Assembly (NCBI GenBank): GCA_022801815.1
Contig: JAAWTB010000001.1
Span: 1-40,315 of the forward strand
DNA: 40,315 nucleotides
Origin: Oscillibacter sp.
GTDB lineage: Bacteria; Bacillota; Clostridia; Oscillospirales; Oscillospiraceae
Reading direction: 5' to 3'
Shown here: in pieces, positions 18,326-28,368 of the stretch
How the letters are laid out: each line of letters opens with the position of its first letter
Numbering within the stretch: the stretch's first letter is position 1
Program-made: the position numbers and the translations under genes
The notes under the pieces: generated by a model
What the model saw: only the letters and a program-made list of their open reading frames with translations
What the model was told of the DNA's origin: nothing
Databases searched by the model: none

Positions 18326-18656
18326 AGGAACCACCCGGGCCAAGAAAGCCGTGGCCTTACAGTATGGCCCGGGAGACACCGCGCCGGTGATTGTGGCTTC
18401 CGGCATGGGCTATATGGCGGAAAAGATTGTGGAGACCGCCGCCGACTGCGGCGTGCCCATATACGAGGACAACTCTCTTTCCACCATCCTCACCCAGCTC
18501 CAGCTGGGCCAGGAGGTGCCGGAGAGCCTCTACCAGGCCATTGTGGAGATTTACGTGTACTTCCTCCACTTTGACCCCACCGGAAATACGACGGCCCAGC
18601 AGTCCCGGACGGAAAGCGGCCGGGCGCCGCGCGGCGAAACGGAGGGAACAACATGA
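18312..18656 (+). CDS. EscU/YscU/HrcU family FlhB C-terminal-like small protein (YlqH-like)
   Basis: KAVALQY..APVIVASGMG..AEKI...A...GVPIYED..L...L..L.LGQEVPESLYQAIVEI. Confidence 0.9.
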   Translation: MSRSEGTTRAKKAVALQYGPGDTAPVIVASGMGYMAEKIVETAADCGVPIYEDNSLSTILTQLQLGQEVPESLYQAIVEIYVYFLHFDPTGNTTAQQSRTESGRAPRGETEGTT

Positions 18657-19249
18657 CAGCCAACCGTACATACCTGATTCTGGACACGCAAAACCACGCC
18701 CTGGCCAACGGCGAGCTGGCCACGGCCCCGGGGGCCTCCCCCATGCGGCTGAACATTCACGGCAACAAGGTGGACGACGTGATGGCGCACGAGGTAATCA
18801 CCCTCTTCAGCGCCAGCAGCGAGGAGCTGCCCATTCAATGCCGCATCCTCCGTCAGCGGGGAGACGCGGTGCTTTTGGAAAAGATCGCCACCCTGGACCC
18901 GGAGGTCCGGCGGAACCTGCGGGTCCCCGTGAAGTTTGACACCTTTCTCTATGCCCTGCCTGCTTCCGCCTGGACGGGACGGCGGGAAGCCCAGTCCATC
19001 GACCTCAGCTGCGGCGGCATCGCCTTCTATGCGGACTGCCAGCTGGAGCTTCACGAGCAGATGGAAATTGTCGTCACCCCCACGGAAGAGCCGGTAATTC
19101 TGCGGTGCGAGATTCTGCGCAAGCAGGAGCTGCAAAACGGCCGCTATCTATATGCTACCAAGTTCGTGGATATGTGCGAGGACGAAGAGGTCGTGGTGCG
19201 GGAGGCCGTGTTCAGCCTTCAGCTTCAAAGCCGCGGCATTCAGGACTAA
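18653..19249 (+). CDS. PilZ-domain c-di-GMP effector
   Basis: RRNLR (RxxxR) and DLSCGG (DxSxxG) motifs. ATGA overlap with the upstream gene. Confidence 0.88.
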   Translation: MTANRTYLILDTQNHALANGELATAPGASPMRLNIHGNKVDDVMAHEVITLFSASSEELPIQCRILRQRGDAVLLEKIATLDPEVRRNLRVPVKFDTFLYALPASAWTGRREAQSIDLSCGGIAFYADCQLELHEQMEIVVTPTEEPVILRCEILRKQELQNGRYLYATKFVDMCEDEEVVVREAVFSLQLQSRGIQD

Positions 19250-19268
19250 CGGATCGAGGAGGAAACAG

Positions 19269-22200
19269 ATGATGACTCACACCACGCGCACTCACCGCAC
19301 ACGCATACCAGGGTTCGCCCGCCTGGCGGCCCTGGTTCTCACTGCTCTGACCCTCTGCGCCTTTCTGGCCGTCCGGCCCGTCCGGGCGGCGGAGTGGATG
19401 ACCCCCTACCTGGAGCAAGTCCAGGAGTGGGGCGTCATGCGGGGAGACGCCCAGGGCAACCTCAACGAGGACCGGAACATCACCCGGGCGGAGTTCGTCA
19501 CCCTGGTGAACCGGGCCTTCGGCTATACCGACACGGGACCCAACACCTTTACCGACGTAAACCCCAACGACTGGTTTGCCGAGGACATCAGCATCGCCCA
19601 TCAGGCGGGCTATTTCAACGGAACCAGCCCCACCACCGCCTCGCCCTATGCCCTGGTCACCCGGGAGCAGGCCGCCGTTTTTCTGGGCCGGTGCCTCCGG
19701 TTCCAGGGAGTTGCCGGCGCGGCCAATTCCACATTCACCGACATGCACGACATCGGCGGCTGGAGCCGGGGGCTGGTGCAGGAGGCCGCAGACCTGGGCA
19801 TCATCCAGGGCTACGCCGACGGCAGCTTCCGGCCTGACCTGCCCATCACCCGGGGGCAGATGGCCTGCTTCCTGGTCCGCGCCCTGGGCACCCTGGTCCA
19901 GGAGCCCGGTGAACAAACCTCCGGCGGCGTGTACGGAAACCTGACCATCACCACCCCCGGCGTGAAGCTGAAGGACACCACCGTCACCGGAAATCTCTAT
20001 CTCACCGGCGGCGTGGGTCTGGGGAACGTGGAGCTGGAAAACGTCAACGTTCTGGGCAAAATCGTGATCTGCGGCGGCGGCGAGGCCGAGGGAGGCAAGC
20101 AGAGCGTCCTCCTGCGCAACGTCACCGCCGGGTCCCTGGAGCTGGACAGCCTGACGGAGCAGTTCCTCTCCGTCCAGGCCGAGGGCCTGACCAACATCGC
20201 CGAGGTCACCATCCGCACCTCCGGCTATGTGGAGGACCGGACCGAGGACGGCCTAGGCTTCCAGACCATCCGGCTGGACGGCATCGACGGCGCCCGGCTC
20301 CAATTGGCGGGCAACATCAAGCGGGTCATCGACCTGACCCCCAACTCCATCCTTCAAGTAGCCCAAGGCGTGGCCGACATGGTTACCATCGACGAAAAGG
20401 CTGTGAACGCCTCCTTGTCCATTGACGGCGAGGCCGTCATCCGGGAGCTGAACCTGGACCGGGGCACCCCGGTCACCGGAAACGGAAGCATCAGCCACCT
20501 GAACATCAACGCTGCGGGATCCAACGTCTCCATGCTCCCGGACACCATCTATGTCCGGCCCGGCATCAACGGAATCGTCAACAACCAGACCATGGACACC
20601 AATGCCGCCGCCGCCTCCAGCGAGGATCCCCGGCTGCTGGCGGGCTATCCCAAGGCCCGCAACATCGCCCCCACCTCCGCCGACGCGGTGTTCCGCACCA
20701 ATAAGACCGGCACCATCCACTGGGCCGTCACCGCCCTGATGGACGGCTCCCTGGGGGAGGAGGAGCTGATGAACCCCGGCTCCTACGCCAAAATTATTCG
20801 CAGCGGCACCCTGAACGCCACCGCGCCCAACACGGACTTCACCGCCCGGCTGACCGGGCTGACCCGGGAGGGTTCCTATTACATTTCCGCCCTGCTGGTG
20901 GACGCCCGCGGACGGCGCAGCCCCGTGAAGATCGCCGCCTTCACCACCCCGGACGACTCCGCCCCCAACTTTGCCAACGGCTATCCTCAAAATCCCATCC
21001 TCACCGTGGACGCGGATAACGAGCAAGTGGCCCAGGTCATGGTTATGGCCACCAAGGACTGCCAGATGTACTACGTGCTCCTGCCTCGGGGCTCCGCGGC
21101 GCCCACGCCGGCGGATTTCCGTTCCGCGGCCCTGCCGGGGAACCTGGGCTACGGCATCGTGACCCTGCGGAAAAACACCCCCTTCCTGCTCTCCCGCATC
21201 AACACGTCCCACTTGCAGGAGCAGACCCAGTACGACCTCTACCTCTGGCTGAACGACGCGGACAACGGCAAAAGCTCCGCCGTCCGCCGCCTCCAGTTCA
21301 CTACCCGGGATATGACGCCGCCCACGATTCAGGATTTGAAGGTCGTCAGCTACACGGCCACCTCCGTCACGCTGTCCTTCATGCTGGATGAGCCCGGCAC
21401 CCTGAACTGGGCCGTAACGAAGCGGGGGGACAACTTCGGCATCAACAAGGAAGAGCCCACCCGCCTGGACCAGATCAAAATTGAAGGTATCATGGTCGGC
21501 GGCAAGGTTCTCAACAAGGGCGGCCCCATCCGGGCCGCCAGGGCCGCCACCTCTTACAACTTCACGGTCTCCCGGCTGGAGGGGCAGACGGAGTACGACC
21601 TTTTCTACTCCTTCAAGGACACCGCCGGAAACTACGGCGTGTACAACGCGGCCATCGCCTTCCCCTTCCCCATCAAGACCCAGGATAACCAGCGGCCCAC
21701 CGCCGACTTGAGCTTCAGCGATTTCAACACGGATTCCAACGAAGTGGAACACCCCTGGGCCACCAGCAGCGTAAGCATCGTCTTCAGCGAATCCATTCTG
21801 GGCGCCAAGGACAGCAACCTGGGCGTGTACGACAATTTCTACGAGCTCTACCAGCGGGTGACGGAAAGCTCCGGCACGGAGCAGACCCAGGCCAAGAACA
21901 CCCTGGCCACGGTGCTTCAGGAATACATTACCCTTTACCGGGGCACGCCGCCCACCAACATTAACACGAAGCCCCGCCCGGAAAACCAGGTCACGGTGCG
22001 AATCGGCCAGGCAGAGGAGGAGCTGGAGGCCCTGGCCGACTGGATTGACTACCGGGAGGCTCAGGTCAGCCAGGAAAATGGTAAGACCACCATCACCTTC
22101 CCCGGCGAGACGGGCCTCAAGCTTCAAAGCGGCCAGTCCTACTACTTCTGGATTCGGAATGTTGAGGACACATCTAACAACGCCATCGTCAACCCCACCT

Positions 22201-24320
22201 ACAAACCCTTTACCACCGCCTTCGCCACGGTGACCCTGGCCCCCAACGAGATTGAGGAAACTGTCACCTATAACGGCGAAACCCGCCCCGCCCGGATTTT
22301 CCGCATGGACCCCGAGGGCACCGAGGCCGTGTCCAAGGACACCCGGTGGGACATGATCATCTGGAGCTACGCCAGCATTGAGTATGACCTTATGGTCCGG
22401 TATCCCAACGCCGGGGCCACCGGCTGGTACAATCTGGGCACCATCAGCGCCAACCTGACGGGCGCGGGAACCGCCAAGGTATACAACAGCCTGAACGGAA
22501 ACTTCAACAACGGAACCAACAATTCCCTGCTGGAAAGCGGCTTCTTCGGCACCGTCCAAGCCGGACAGGGGCGGCCCTTCCTGAACGAGTTCCTAGAAGA
22601 GCTGGAGTTTGCCATCGTCCCCACCCAGAGCACCGTGGAAAAAACGGTCCGCATGGAGGTCCAGCTCTTCGCGGGCAGCAACTCCCAGGTGGGCAACCTG
22701 GCCCGGATTCAGGGCAAGGAGATCAATTCGAGCTGGGAGATTACCCCTATCGGCGACCCCGATCCCTACGTCCTGGCTATTGACCCGCCGGACGAGGCCC
22801 CCAAAATCACCGTGGGCTATCGAAACATCACCACCCGCGCCAATTACGCCACCATCAGCTACGGCCTGAGCCGAATGGGTACCGTCTATGCCGCGGCCAT
22901 TCCTCTGGACGACGTAAAGATGGATCCCACTACCAATCACCCCACTGGCACGGATTACACCATGCACGAGGATGAGCCCCGCCGCCTCCCTAATGAGGGC
23001 GGCGGGAAACCCGACCTGAAGGATCTGGGCAACAGCCTGACGTCTCCGGTGCCCCACATTTACCTGGACAGCACCAAGCCTGTCCCGCTGAACGTCGTTC
23101 AGCAGCGGGGCTTCGTCTCCAACACCACCCGGTTCGCCAATACGGATACGCCCGCCATGCAGGATACGCTCCGCATTGAAAACCTGGCGTCGGAGACCAC
23201 CTACCTTGTGTATCTGGTGGCCATGAACGAAGACGGCACCCCCTCCGAGAACGCCTTGTGCTTTGTGCTCACCACTACTCCGCCGGACCCGCCCAAAATG
23301 GACATCAGCGGCAACGGCAACAGTGTTGACATCCAGGTAAAACCCTCTTCCCAGCTGCGCTACGTCCTGGTAAACCACCGGGAGCTGGCGGGCACATTGT
23401 TCAACCAGCCCTTCCAGGAGGGCGCCGCCTTTGTGGATACCTCCCGAGGGCCCCTGCCCTCCGCCTACACCGGCACAACGGTGTTGGACGCCATGATGTA
23501 CCTCATGCCAAACGACGATCCCGACGACGTGGGCACCAACTACCGCAACAGCCTCTTCGATCTCTACGCCACTACGGCGGCCAAACAGCGGTGCTGGGAG
23601 GCTCTGGGCAATCCCCAGTCCACCACGAACTTCCCTGCGGAATCGGTGGTCATGGAAACGCTTCCCCAACACGCTAACCGCGTGCTGAACGGGACGGGCA
23701 GCATCGACATGGAAAGCTACATGAAAAACCAGATTCCCTATGTGCTGATTGTGGGCGCGAAGCCGTCGGATTCCGACAACTATGCCTTCCAGGCCTCCGG
23801 TGACTACATCATGAGTATCACGGACCAGCTGTCCGCCATCTGCGTTTACTCGCCGATTGACCCCAATAACCCCGGCGGGCCCGGCTATCTGGACATCATC
23901 TTCAACCAGGAACCCACTTACAGTCCCAATGGCGCCCTTGCGGATCCACCCAAAATTGACAGCTGCGGTTCGAAACTGAACGGGCACACCAGCACAACTC
24001 CCGTTAACAATTTTGTGAACCTCGGTTCCTTCTGTGTCAGTCTCCTGGCAACCCTGGAATCTCCAACCCCAAATGTTCACGGCGTCTCCATTGGAACCAA
24101 TCTGCGCTACTACATTAGCCTTCCATCCCGCGGCGTACTTTTGAACTTCCAAGGCGGTCTTGCCAACGCCGGCGGCGTCCCAGTGAAAACGGCTACCGGC
24201 GGCAACGCCGCGCTGATGGTTACCATCCGCAACGACGGAACGAATGACCAGCCAAACTGGAGAGCCCACTGGAGCCAGGAATTCGGCGGCGATTACAGAC
24301 CTTCTGATTTTAACAGTTAA
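19269..24320 (+). CDS. Large cell-surface protein: signal peptide, N-terminal SLH domains, beta-rich region, FN3-like repeats
   Basis: Three SLH motifs (ITRAEF, VTREQA, ITRGQM). About four repeats ending L..xT.Y..Y....D..G..S.....FTT. GAGGAGG RBS before ATG 19269. Confidence 0.88.
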   Translation: MMTHTTRTHRTRIPGFARLAALVLTALTLCAFLAVRPVRAAEWMTPYLEQVQEWGVMRGDAQGNLNEDRNITRAEFVTLVNRAFGYTDTGPNTFTDVNPNDWFAEDISIAHQAGYFNGTSPTTASPYALVTREQAAVFLGRCLRFQGVAGAANSTFTDMHDIGGWSRGLVQEAADLGIIQGYADGSFRPDLPITRGQMACFLVRALGTLVQEPGEQTSGGVYGNLTITTPGVKLKDTTVTGNLYLTGGVGLGNVELENVNVLGKIVICGGGEAEGGKQSVLLRNVTAGSLELDSLTEQFLSVQAEGLTNIAEVTIRTSGYVEDRTEDGLGFQTIRLDGIDGARLQLAGNIKRVIDLTPNSILQVAQGVADMVTIDEKAVNASLSIDGEAVIRELNLDRGTPVTGNGSISHLNINAAGSNVSMLPDTIYVRPGINGIVNNQTMDTNAAAASSEDPRLLAGYPKARNIAPTSADAVFRTNKTGTIHWAVTALMDGSLGEEELMNPGSYAKIIRSGTLNATAPNTDFTARLTGLTREGSYYISALLVDARGRRSPVKIAAFTTPDDSAPNFANGYPQNPILTVDADNEQVAQVMVMATKDCQMYYVLLPRGSAAPTPADFRSAALPGNLGYGIVTLRKNTPFLLSRINTSHLQEQTQYDLYLWLNDADNGKSSAVRRLQFTTRDMTPPTIQDLKVVSYTATSVTLSFMLDEPGTLNWAVTKRGDNFGINKEEPTRLDQIKIEGIMVGGKVLNKGGPIRAARAATSYNFTVSRLEGQTEYDLFYSFKDTAGNYGVYNAAIAFPFPIKTQDNQRPTADLSFSDFNTDSNEVEHPWATSSVSIVFSESILGAKDSNLGVYDNFYELYQRVTESSGTEQTQAKNTLATVLQEYITLYRGTPPTNINTKPRPENQVTVRIGQAEEELEALADWIDYREAQVSQENGKTTITFPGETGLKLQSGQSYYFWIRNVEDTSNNAIVNPTYKPFTTAFATVTLAPNEIEETVTYNGETRPARIFRMDPEGTEAVSKDTRWDMIIWSYASIEYDLMVRYPNAGATGWYNLGTISANLTGAGTAKVYNSLNGNFNNGTNNSLLESGFFGTVQAGQGRPFLNEFLEELEFAIVPTQSTVEKTVRMEVQLFAGSNSQVGNLARIQGKEINSSWEITPIGDPDPYVLAIDPPDEAPKITVGYRNITTRANYATISYGLSRMGTVYAAAIPLDDVKMDPTTNHPTGTDYTMHEDEPRRLPNEGGGKPDLKDLGNSLTSPVPHIYLDSTKPVPLNVVQQRGFVSNTTRFANTDTPAMQDTLRIENLASETTYLVYLVAMNEDGTPSENALCFVLTTTPPDPPKMDISGNGNSVDIQVKPSSQLRYVLVNHRELAGTLFNQPFQEGAAFVDTSRGPLPSAYTGTTVLDAMMYLMPNDDPDDVGTNYRNSLFDLYATTAAKQRCWEALGNPQSTTNFPAESVVMETLPQHANRVLNGTGSIDMESYMKNQIPYVLIVGAKPSDSDNYAFQASGDYIMSITDQLSAICVYSPIDPNNPGGPGYLDIIFNQEPTYSPNGALADPPKIDSCGSKLNGHTSTTPVNNFVNLGSFCVSLLATLESPTPNVHGVSIGTNLRYYISLPSRGVLLNFQGGLANAGGVPVKTATGGNAALMVTIRNDGTNDQPNWRAHWSQEFGGDYRPSDFNS

Positions 24321-24332
24321 CCAATCCCCCTT

Positions 24333-24370
24333 GGAGGGCGGGCGCGACCGCCCGCCCTCCTTTCGCTTTT
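24333..24370 (+). terminator. Intergenic hairpin or partial terminator between the two SLH genes
   Basis: 12-bp GC stem GGAGGGCGGGCG/CGCCCGCCCTCC followed by an interrupted U-tract TTTCGCTTTT. Confidence 0.6.
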
Positions 24371-24392
24371 CGGAAAAAGGAGTGCACGCTTT

Positions 24393-27300
24393 ATGAAATC
24401 TCGAATCCTCCGCCGGGCCGGGGCTCTGCTGCTGGCGCTGTCCCTGACCTGCTCTATACTGACGCTGCCCGCTGCGGCGGAACTCACGGGACTGACCATC
24501 TCCGCCAACCACCCGGAGATAGAACCGGGTGAGGAAACGATCTTAACGCTCTCCGGCGCGCCTAACAACGCGGACATTGCTTGGAGCAGCGACAACACGC
24601 AGGTCCTCCCCGTGCCCGCTAACGCCTCCGGCTCTACCTGCACGCTTACAGCGGGCACGGTCACGAAGCGCACGGAGGTCCAAATCACAGCGACGGTGAC
24701 CACGATCTCTTCCGGCGGCTCCGGCGACGGTTCCGGAGACAGCTCCGGAGATGGTTCCGGCGGCGGTTCTGGAACTGCCCGTGATTCCGGGAGCGTTTCC
24801 TATACGGTCACGGTAACGCCCCCCGATCCCGAAATTTCTATAGCCCTGGATCAGACCAGCGCCTCCCTCCCCATCGGGGAAAGCCTCACTCTCAACGCCG
24901 CCGTCACCGCCTCGGACGGCGCGGATACGCGTCTGAACTGGGACCTCTCCGACCGGCAGAAATTCCGCCTGAGTCAAAGCCCCTATGATACTCACACCGC
25001 CACCATTACCACCAGCTCCAGCGCCAAGGCCGGCGACCGGGTCACCGTCTACGCCGTCTCCCAGGCGGACCCCAGCGTCTACGCTGTCTGTACCATCCAG
25101 GTGGTGGCCGCCCTGCCTCCCCAGGTTTCCAGCATCCAGATCACCACCACGCCCACCTACGACGGGCGGAACTACGTGGACCCCGGCGCGGGCAATGAAC
25201 TCACGCTGGTTGCCGCCGTTTCCCCCGCCGGCGTGGCCGAAGAGGACGGGCGGGTCACCTGGTCCTCCAGTGATACCTCCATCGCCCGGGTGGACCCCAA
25301 CACCGGCGAAGTCACCGGCGTCTCCCCCGGCGAAGCCACCATCACCGCCACAGCGGGCAGCAAAACCGACGAGCGGAAGATTGAAGTCTCCGGTCTCCTC
25401 CTCAGCTATGTGAAAAAATCCGCCTCCGGCGGCAAAGGGGAAACCATCCGCCTCTCTGCGGACAGCGTGGTGGACATTTACCAGTACCGGGACATCAGCG
25501 TCGTTTTCGAAGCCTACGGCAACGCGCGAAACAAAACCATCAACTGGGAAAGCTCCAACAACACCGTGGCCCAGGTTCTCTCGGGCCGGGTCACCGCCCA
25601 TTACCCCGGCGAAAACGTCGTCATCACCGCCACCGCCGCCGGAACCAACTGCCAGGCCAGCTTTAAGGTCCGGGTCTCCGAGGACGTGGCCCAGGCCATC
25701 AACGTTGACATGGGGTCCGAGCCCTCTTACTCCTTTTCCGGCCTCCTGAGCCAGCTGAACAGCCGCTCCCAGGACAAGGCCGGGGATCCCCTGGAGTATG
25801 TCTACAGTCTGAAGGTCTCCACCAAGAACGGCGTGCTCTACTACAAATACACCTCCCCCGACGCCCCGGGCCACGGCGTGGGCGGCACGGAGCGGTATTA
25901 TTATCAGTCCACAGGCCAGGGCCAGATGGCCCTGCGGGACGTGACCTTCGTCCCCCTGCCGGGCTTTGACGGCACCGCCGTGGTGGACTACAACGCCGCC
26001 TCCATCAGCGGAACCACCTTCTCCGGAACCATCCGCATCGAGGCCAAGGCCACCGGCGACGTCAGCTACGCCACCGCCGTGGACCGCCCTGTGGACTTCG
26101 CGGCAGAGCACTTCTCCGCCGTCTGCCTGGGCCGCACCGGCCGGGCCATCTCCTATGTCACCTTTGGCCTGCCCTCTTCCAGCCGGGGCACGCTGTATGT
26201 CAACTACAGCCCCTCCGGCCAGTACTCCCCCAGGGTGGACAGCAACACCCGCTACTATGCCACCAGCTCCCCCTCCATCGACAGCATCACCTTTGTCCCG
26301 GCGGAGGGCTTCACCGGCGACGTGGAAATCCCCTACCGCTGCACGGACAGCTCCGGCGCATCCTACAGCGGCACCGTTGCCATCCGGGTCTACAGCGCCA
26401 ACGGCCAGGAAAACGGCGATGTGGAATACTCCACCGGCCGGAACCAGCGCAAAACCCTCAACGCCTCCGACTTTAACGACGCTTCCCAGCGGGCCACCGG
26501 GCGGAGTCTGAACTATATCCGCTTCACCAGCCTCCCCTCCTCCAGCGCCGGCACGCTGTACCTGAACTACTCCAGCAGCTCCAGCACCAAGGTCTCCACC
26601 GGGCAGAACTATTACCGGAATTCCAGCCCCCGCATCTCCAGCATCACCTTCGTCCCCGCCCGGGACTACAGCGGCACCGTCACCATCCCCTTCACCGGAA
26701 CGGATACCAACGGCTCCACCTTCAGCGCGGACCTGGTCATCCACGTGGACGACGGAATCGGAACCGTCCACTACGCCACCCCCAAAAATCAGTCCGTCGA
26801 CTTCGCCTCCGGGGACTTTAACGACGCCAGCCGCCGCATCACCGGCCAGACGCTGAGCCACATCCGCTTCACCAGCCTCCCCTCCTCCAGCGCCGGTGTC
26901 CTCTATTATAACTACTCCGGCTCCTCCAGCTCCCGGGTCTCCACCGGCACGGACTACCGGCGCAGCGGTTCCCCCTCTCTGTCCAACATCACCTTTGTCC
27001 CCGCCAGCGGCTATACCGGCACCGTTACCATCCCCTTCACGGGATATGACGACAGCAATGTCCGTTTCACCGGTACCGTAACCATCGCCGTAGGCGGCGG
27101 GAGCAGCCGCACCATTTCCTACAGCGTCCCCGCCGGCGCCTTTGTGCGCTTTAACGCCTCGGACTTCAACAGCGCCTGCCGCAGCGCCACCGGAGACGCC
27201 CTGAACTATGTCCGCTTCGAGCTGCCCGCCTCCCGCTATGGAACACTCTACCACCAGTACAACGCCTCCAGCCGCACCGGGAACAGCGTCTCCGCCAGCA

Positions 27301-28352
27301 CCGGCTATTACTACTCCGGAAACAGCCGCCTGCTCAGCGATGTGGGCTTTGCCGCCGCCTCCACCGACGGTACGGTCACCTTCGCCTATACCGGCTACAG
27401 CACCCGGGGAGACTCCTTCAGCGGCGACGTGGAAATCACGATTTCCGGCTCTCTCTCCGTCAGCTCTGTTATCCGTTACTCGGGCAGTGCCGCCGCCCCC
27501 ATTCCCTTCCGCTCCCTGGACTTCCAGAATCTCTGCCAGGCCGCCCTGGGGAACCCGCTGTCCTCCGTTCAGTTTACCTCCCTGCCCGCCACGGGCCGCC
27601 TCTATCAAAACTACAGCGGCCCCGCCCGGACGGGTTCCGGCGTCAGCGCGGCCACCCGCTACGGCGTACAGGAGCTGGGCCAGCTCAGCTACGTGCCCAA
27701 GGCGGAGTACCAGGGTACCGTCATCATCCCCTATACCGCCTATGACACCACGGGCAAAAGCCACTCCAGCACGGTAGAGCTTCAGCTGTCCAACGGCTAC
27801 TGCTCCGCCTCCTTCTCCGACACCGCTTCCGGCTGGGATTGGGCAAAGCCCTCCATTGAGTTCCTTCGCCAGAGCGGGATTACCAACGGCTACAGCAACA
27901 ACACTTACCGCCCCGGGCAGTCCATCAGCCGGGGAGAGTTCACCTTGATGGTCTGCCGGGCCTTCCAGTTCTCCACCGGCGGCTCCTCCGGCTTCCCCGA
28001 CGTGCCCGCCGGCAGCTCCTACGCCGGGGCTGTGGCCGCCGCCCGGGAGCTGGGCATCGTTCAGGGGAACAACGGCCTCTTCCAACCCGACCGGCCCATC
28101 ACACGCCAAAGCGCCATGACCATGATCTGCCGGGCCATTGAGGCGGCGGGTCAGTCCCTGCCTGCGGCAGATACCGGTCTCCTTTCCTCTTACGCCGACG
28201 GGTATCAGGTCTCCGCCTTCGCCCGCCCCTCGGTGGCCGCCCTGGTCCAGATGGGAGCCGTCCGGGGAAACAGCGCCTCCCGGCTCAATCCCGGCGCGGC
28301 CATCAGCCGGGCGGAGATGGCCGTAATCCTGCACCGGGTTCTAACCCGCTGA
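24393..28352 (+). CDS. Large cell-surface protein: signal peptide, Ig-like (Big_2) domains, about 115-aa tandem repeats, C-terminal SLH domains
   Basis: VTWSSSDTSIARVD..GEVTGVSPGEATITA Big_2 motif. C-terminal SLH motifs ISRGEF, ITRQSA and ISRAEM. Confidence 0.9.
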   Translation: MKSRILRRAGALLLALSLTCSILTLPAAAELTGLTISANHPEIEPGEETILTLSGAPNNADIAWSSDNTQVLPVPANASGSTCTLTAGTVTKRTEVQITATVTTISSGGSGDGSGDSSGDGSGGGSGTARDSGSVSYTVTVTPPDPEISIALDQTSASLPIGESLTLNAAVTASDGADTRLNWDLSDRQKFRLSQSPYDTHTATITTSSSAKAGDRVTVYAVSQADPSVYAVCTIQVVAALPPQVSSIQITTTPTYDGRNYVDPGAGNELTLVAAVSPAGVAEEDGRVTWSSSDTSIARVDPNTGEVTGVSPGEATITATAGSKTDERKIEVSGLLLSYVKKSASGGKGETIRLSADSVVDIYQYRDISVVFEAYGNARNKTINWESSNNTVAQVLSGRVTAHYPGENVVITATAAGTNCQASFKVRVSEDVAQAINVDMGSEPSYSFSGLLSQLNSRSQDKAGDPLEYVYSLKVSTKNGVLYYKYTSPDAPGHGVGGTERYYYQSTGQGQMALRDVTFVPLPGFDGTAVVDYNAASISGTTFSGTIRIEAKATGDVSYATAVDRPVDFAAEHFSAVCLGRTGRAISYVTFGLPSSSRGTLYVNYSPSGQYSPRVDSNTRYYATSSPSIDSITFVPAEGFTGDVEIPYRCTDSSGASYSGTVAIRVYSANGQENGDVEYSTGRNQRKTLNASDFNDASQRATGRSLNYIRFTSLPSSSAGTLYLNYSSSSSTKVSTGQNYYRNSSPRISSITFVPARDYSGTVTIPFTGTDTNGSTFSADLVIHVDDGIGTVHYATPKNQSVDFASGDFNDASRRITGQTLSHIRFTSLPSSSAGVLYYNYSGSSSSRVSTGTDYRRSGSPSLSNITFVPASGYTGTVTIPFTGYDDSNVRFTGTVTIAVGGGSSRTISYSVPAGAFVRFNASDFNSACRSATGDALNYVRFELPASRYGTLYHQYNASSRTGNSVSASTGYYYSGNSRLLSDVGFAAASTDGTVTFAYTGYSTRGDSFSGDVEITISGSLSVSSVIRYSGSAAAPIPFRSLDFQNLCQAALGNPLSSVQFTSLPATGRLYQNYSGPARTGSGVSAATRYGVQELGQLSYVPKAEYQGTVIIPYTAYDTTGKSHSSTVELQLSNGYCSASFSDTASGWDWAKPSIEFLRQSGITNGYSNNTYRPGQSISRGEFTLMVCRAFQFSTGGSSGFPDVPAGSSYAGAVAAARELGIVQGNNGLFQPDRPITRQSAMTMICRAIEAAGQSLPAADTGLLSSYADGYQVSAFARPSVAALVQMGAVRGNSASRLNPGAAISRAEMAVILHRVLTR
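25690..27790 (+). repeat. Five to six tandem, about 115-aa beta-rich repeats inside the second SLH gene
   Basis: Recurrent F.A.DF..A....TG..L.YIRF..LP....GTLY..Y and ITFVPA..Y.GTVTIPFTG. A 35-bp exact DNA repeat sits at 26517-26551 and 26862-26896 (345-bp period). Confidence 0.85.
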
Positions 28353-28368
28353 CAAGGAGGGAAACATC

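Noticed and set aside
24712-24772. GSGDGSGDSSGDGSGGGSG 12-bp-period repeat as a contingency locus
   Set aside because: Degenerate, in-frame Gly/Ser linker; no phase-variation potential evident.
24543-28334. 1263-aa antisense ORF, and other long shadow ORFs such as 12181-14742, 14694-16415, 20253-22559 and 38597-40225
   Set aside because: They lie opposite well-supported genes and have no motifs or RBS. This is expected from high-GC codon bias depleting antisense stop codons.
19269-28352. Diversity-generating retroelement or invertible cassette acting on the SLH genes
   Set aside because: No reverse transcriptase, recombinase, template/variable repeat pair or flanking inverted repeats were seen in the window.
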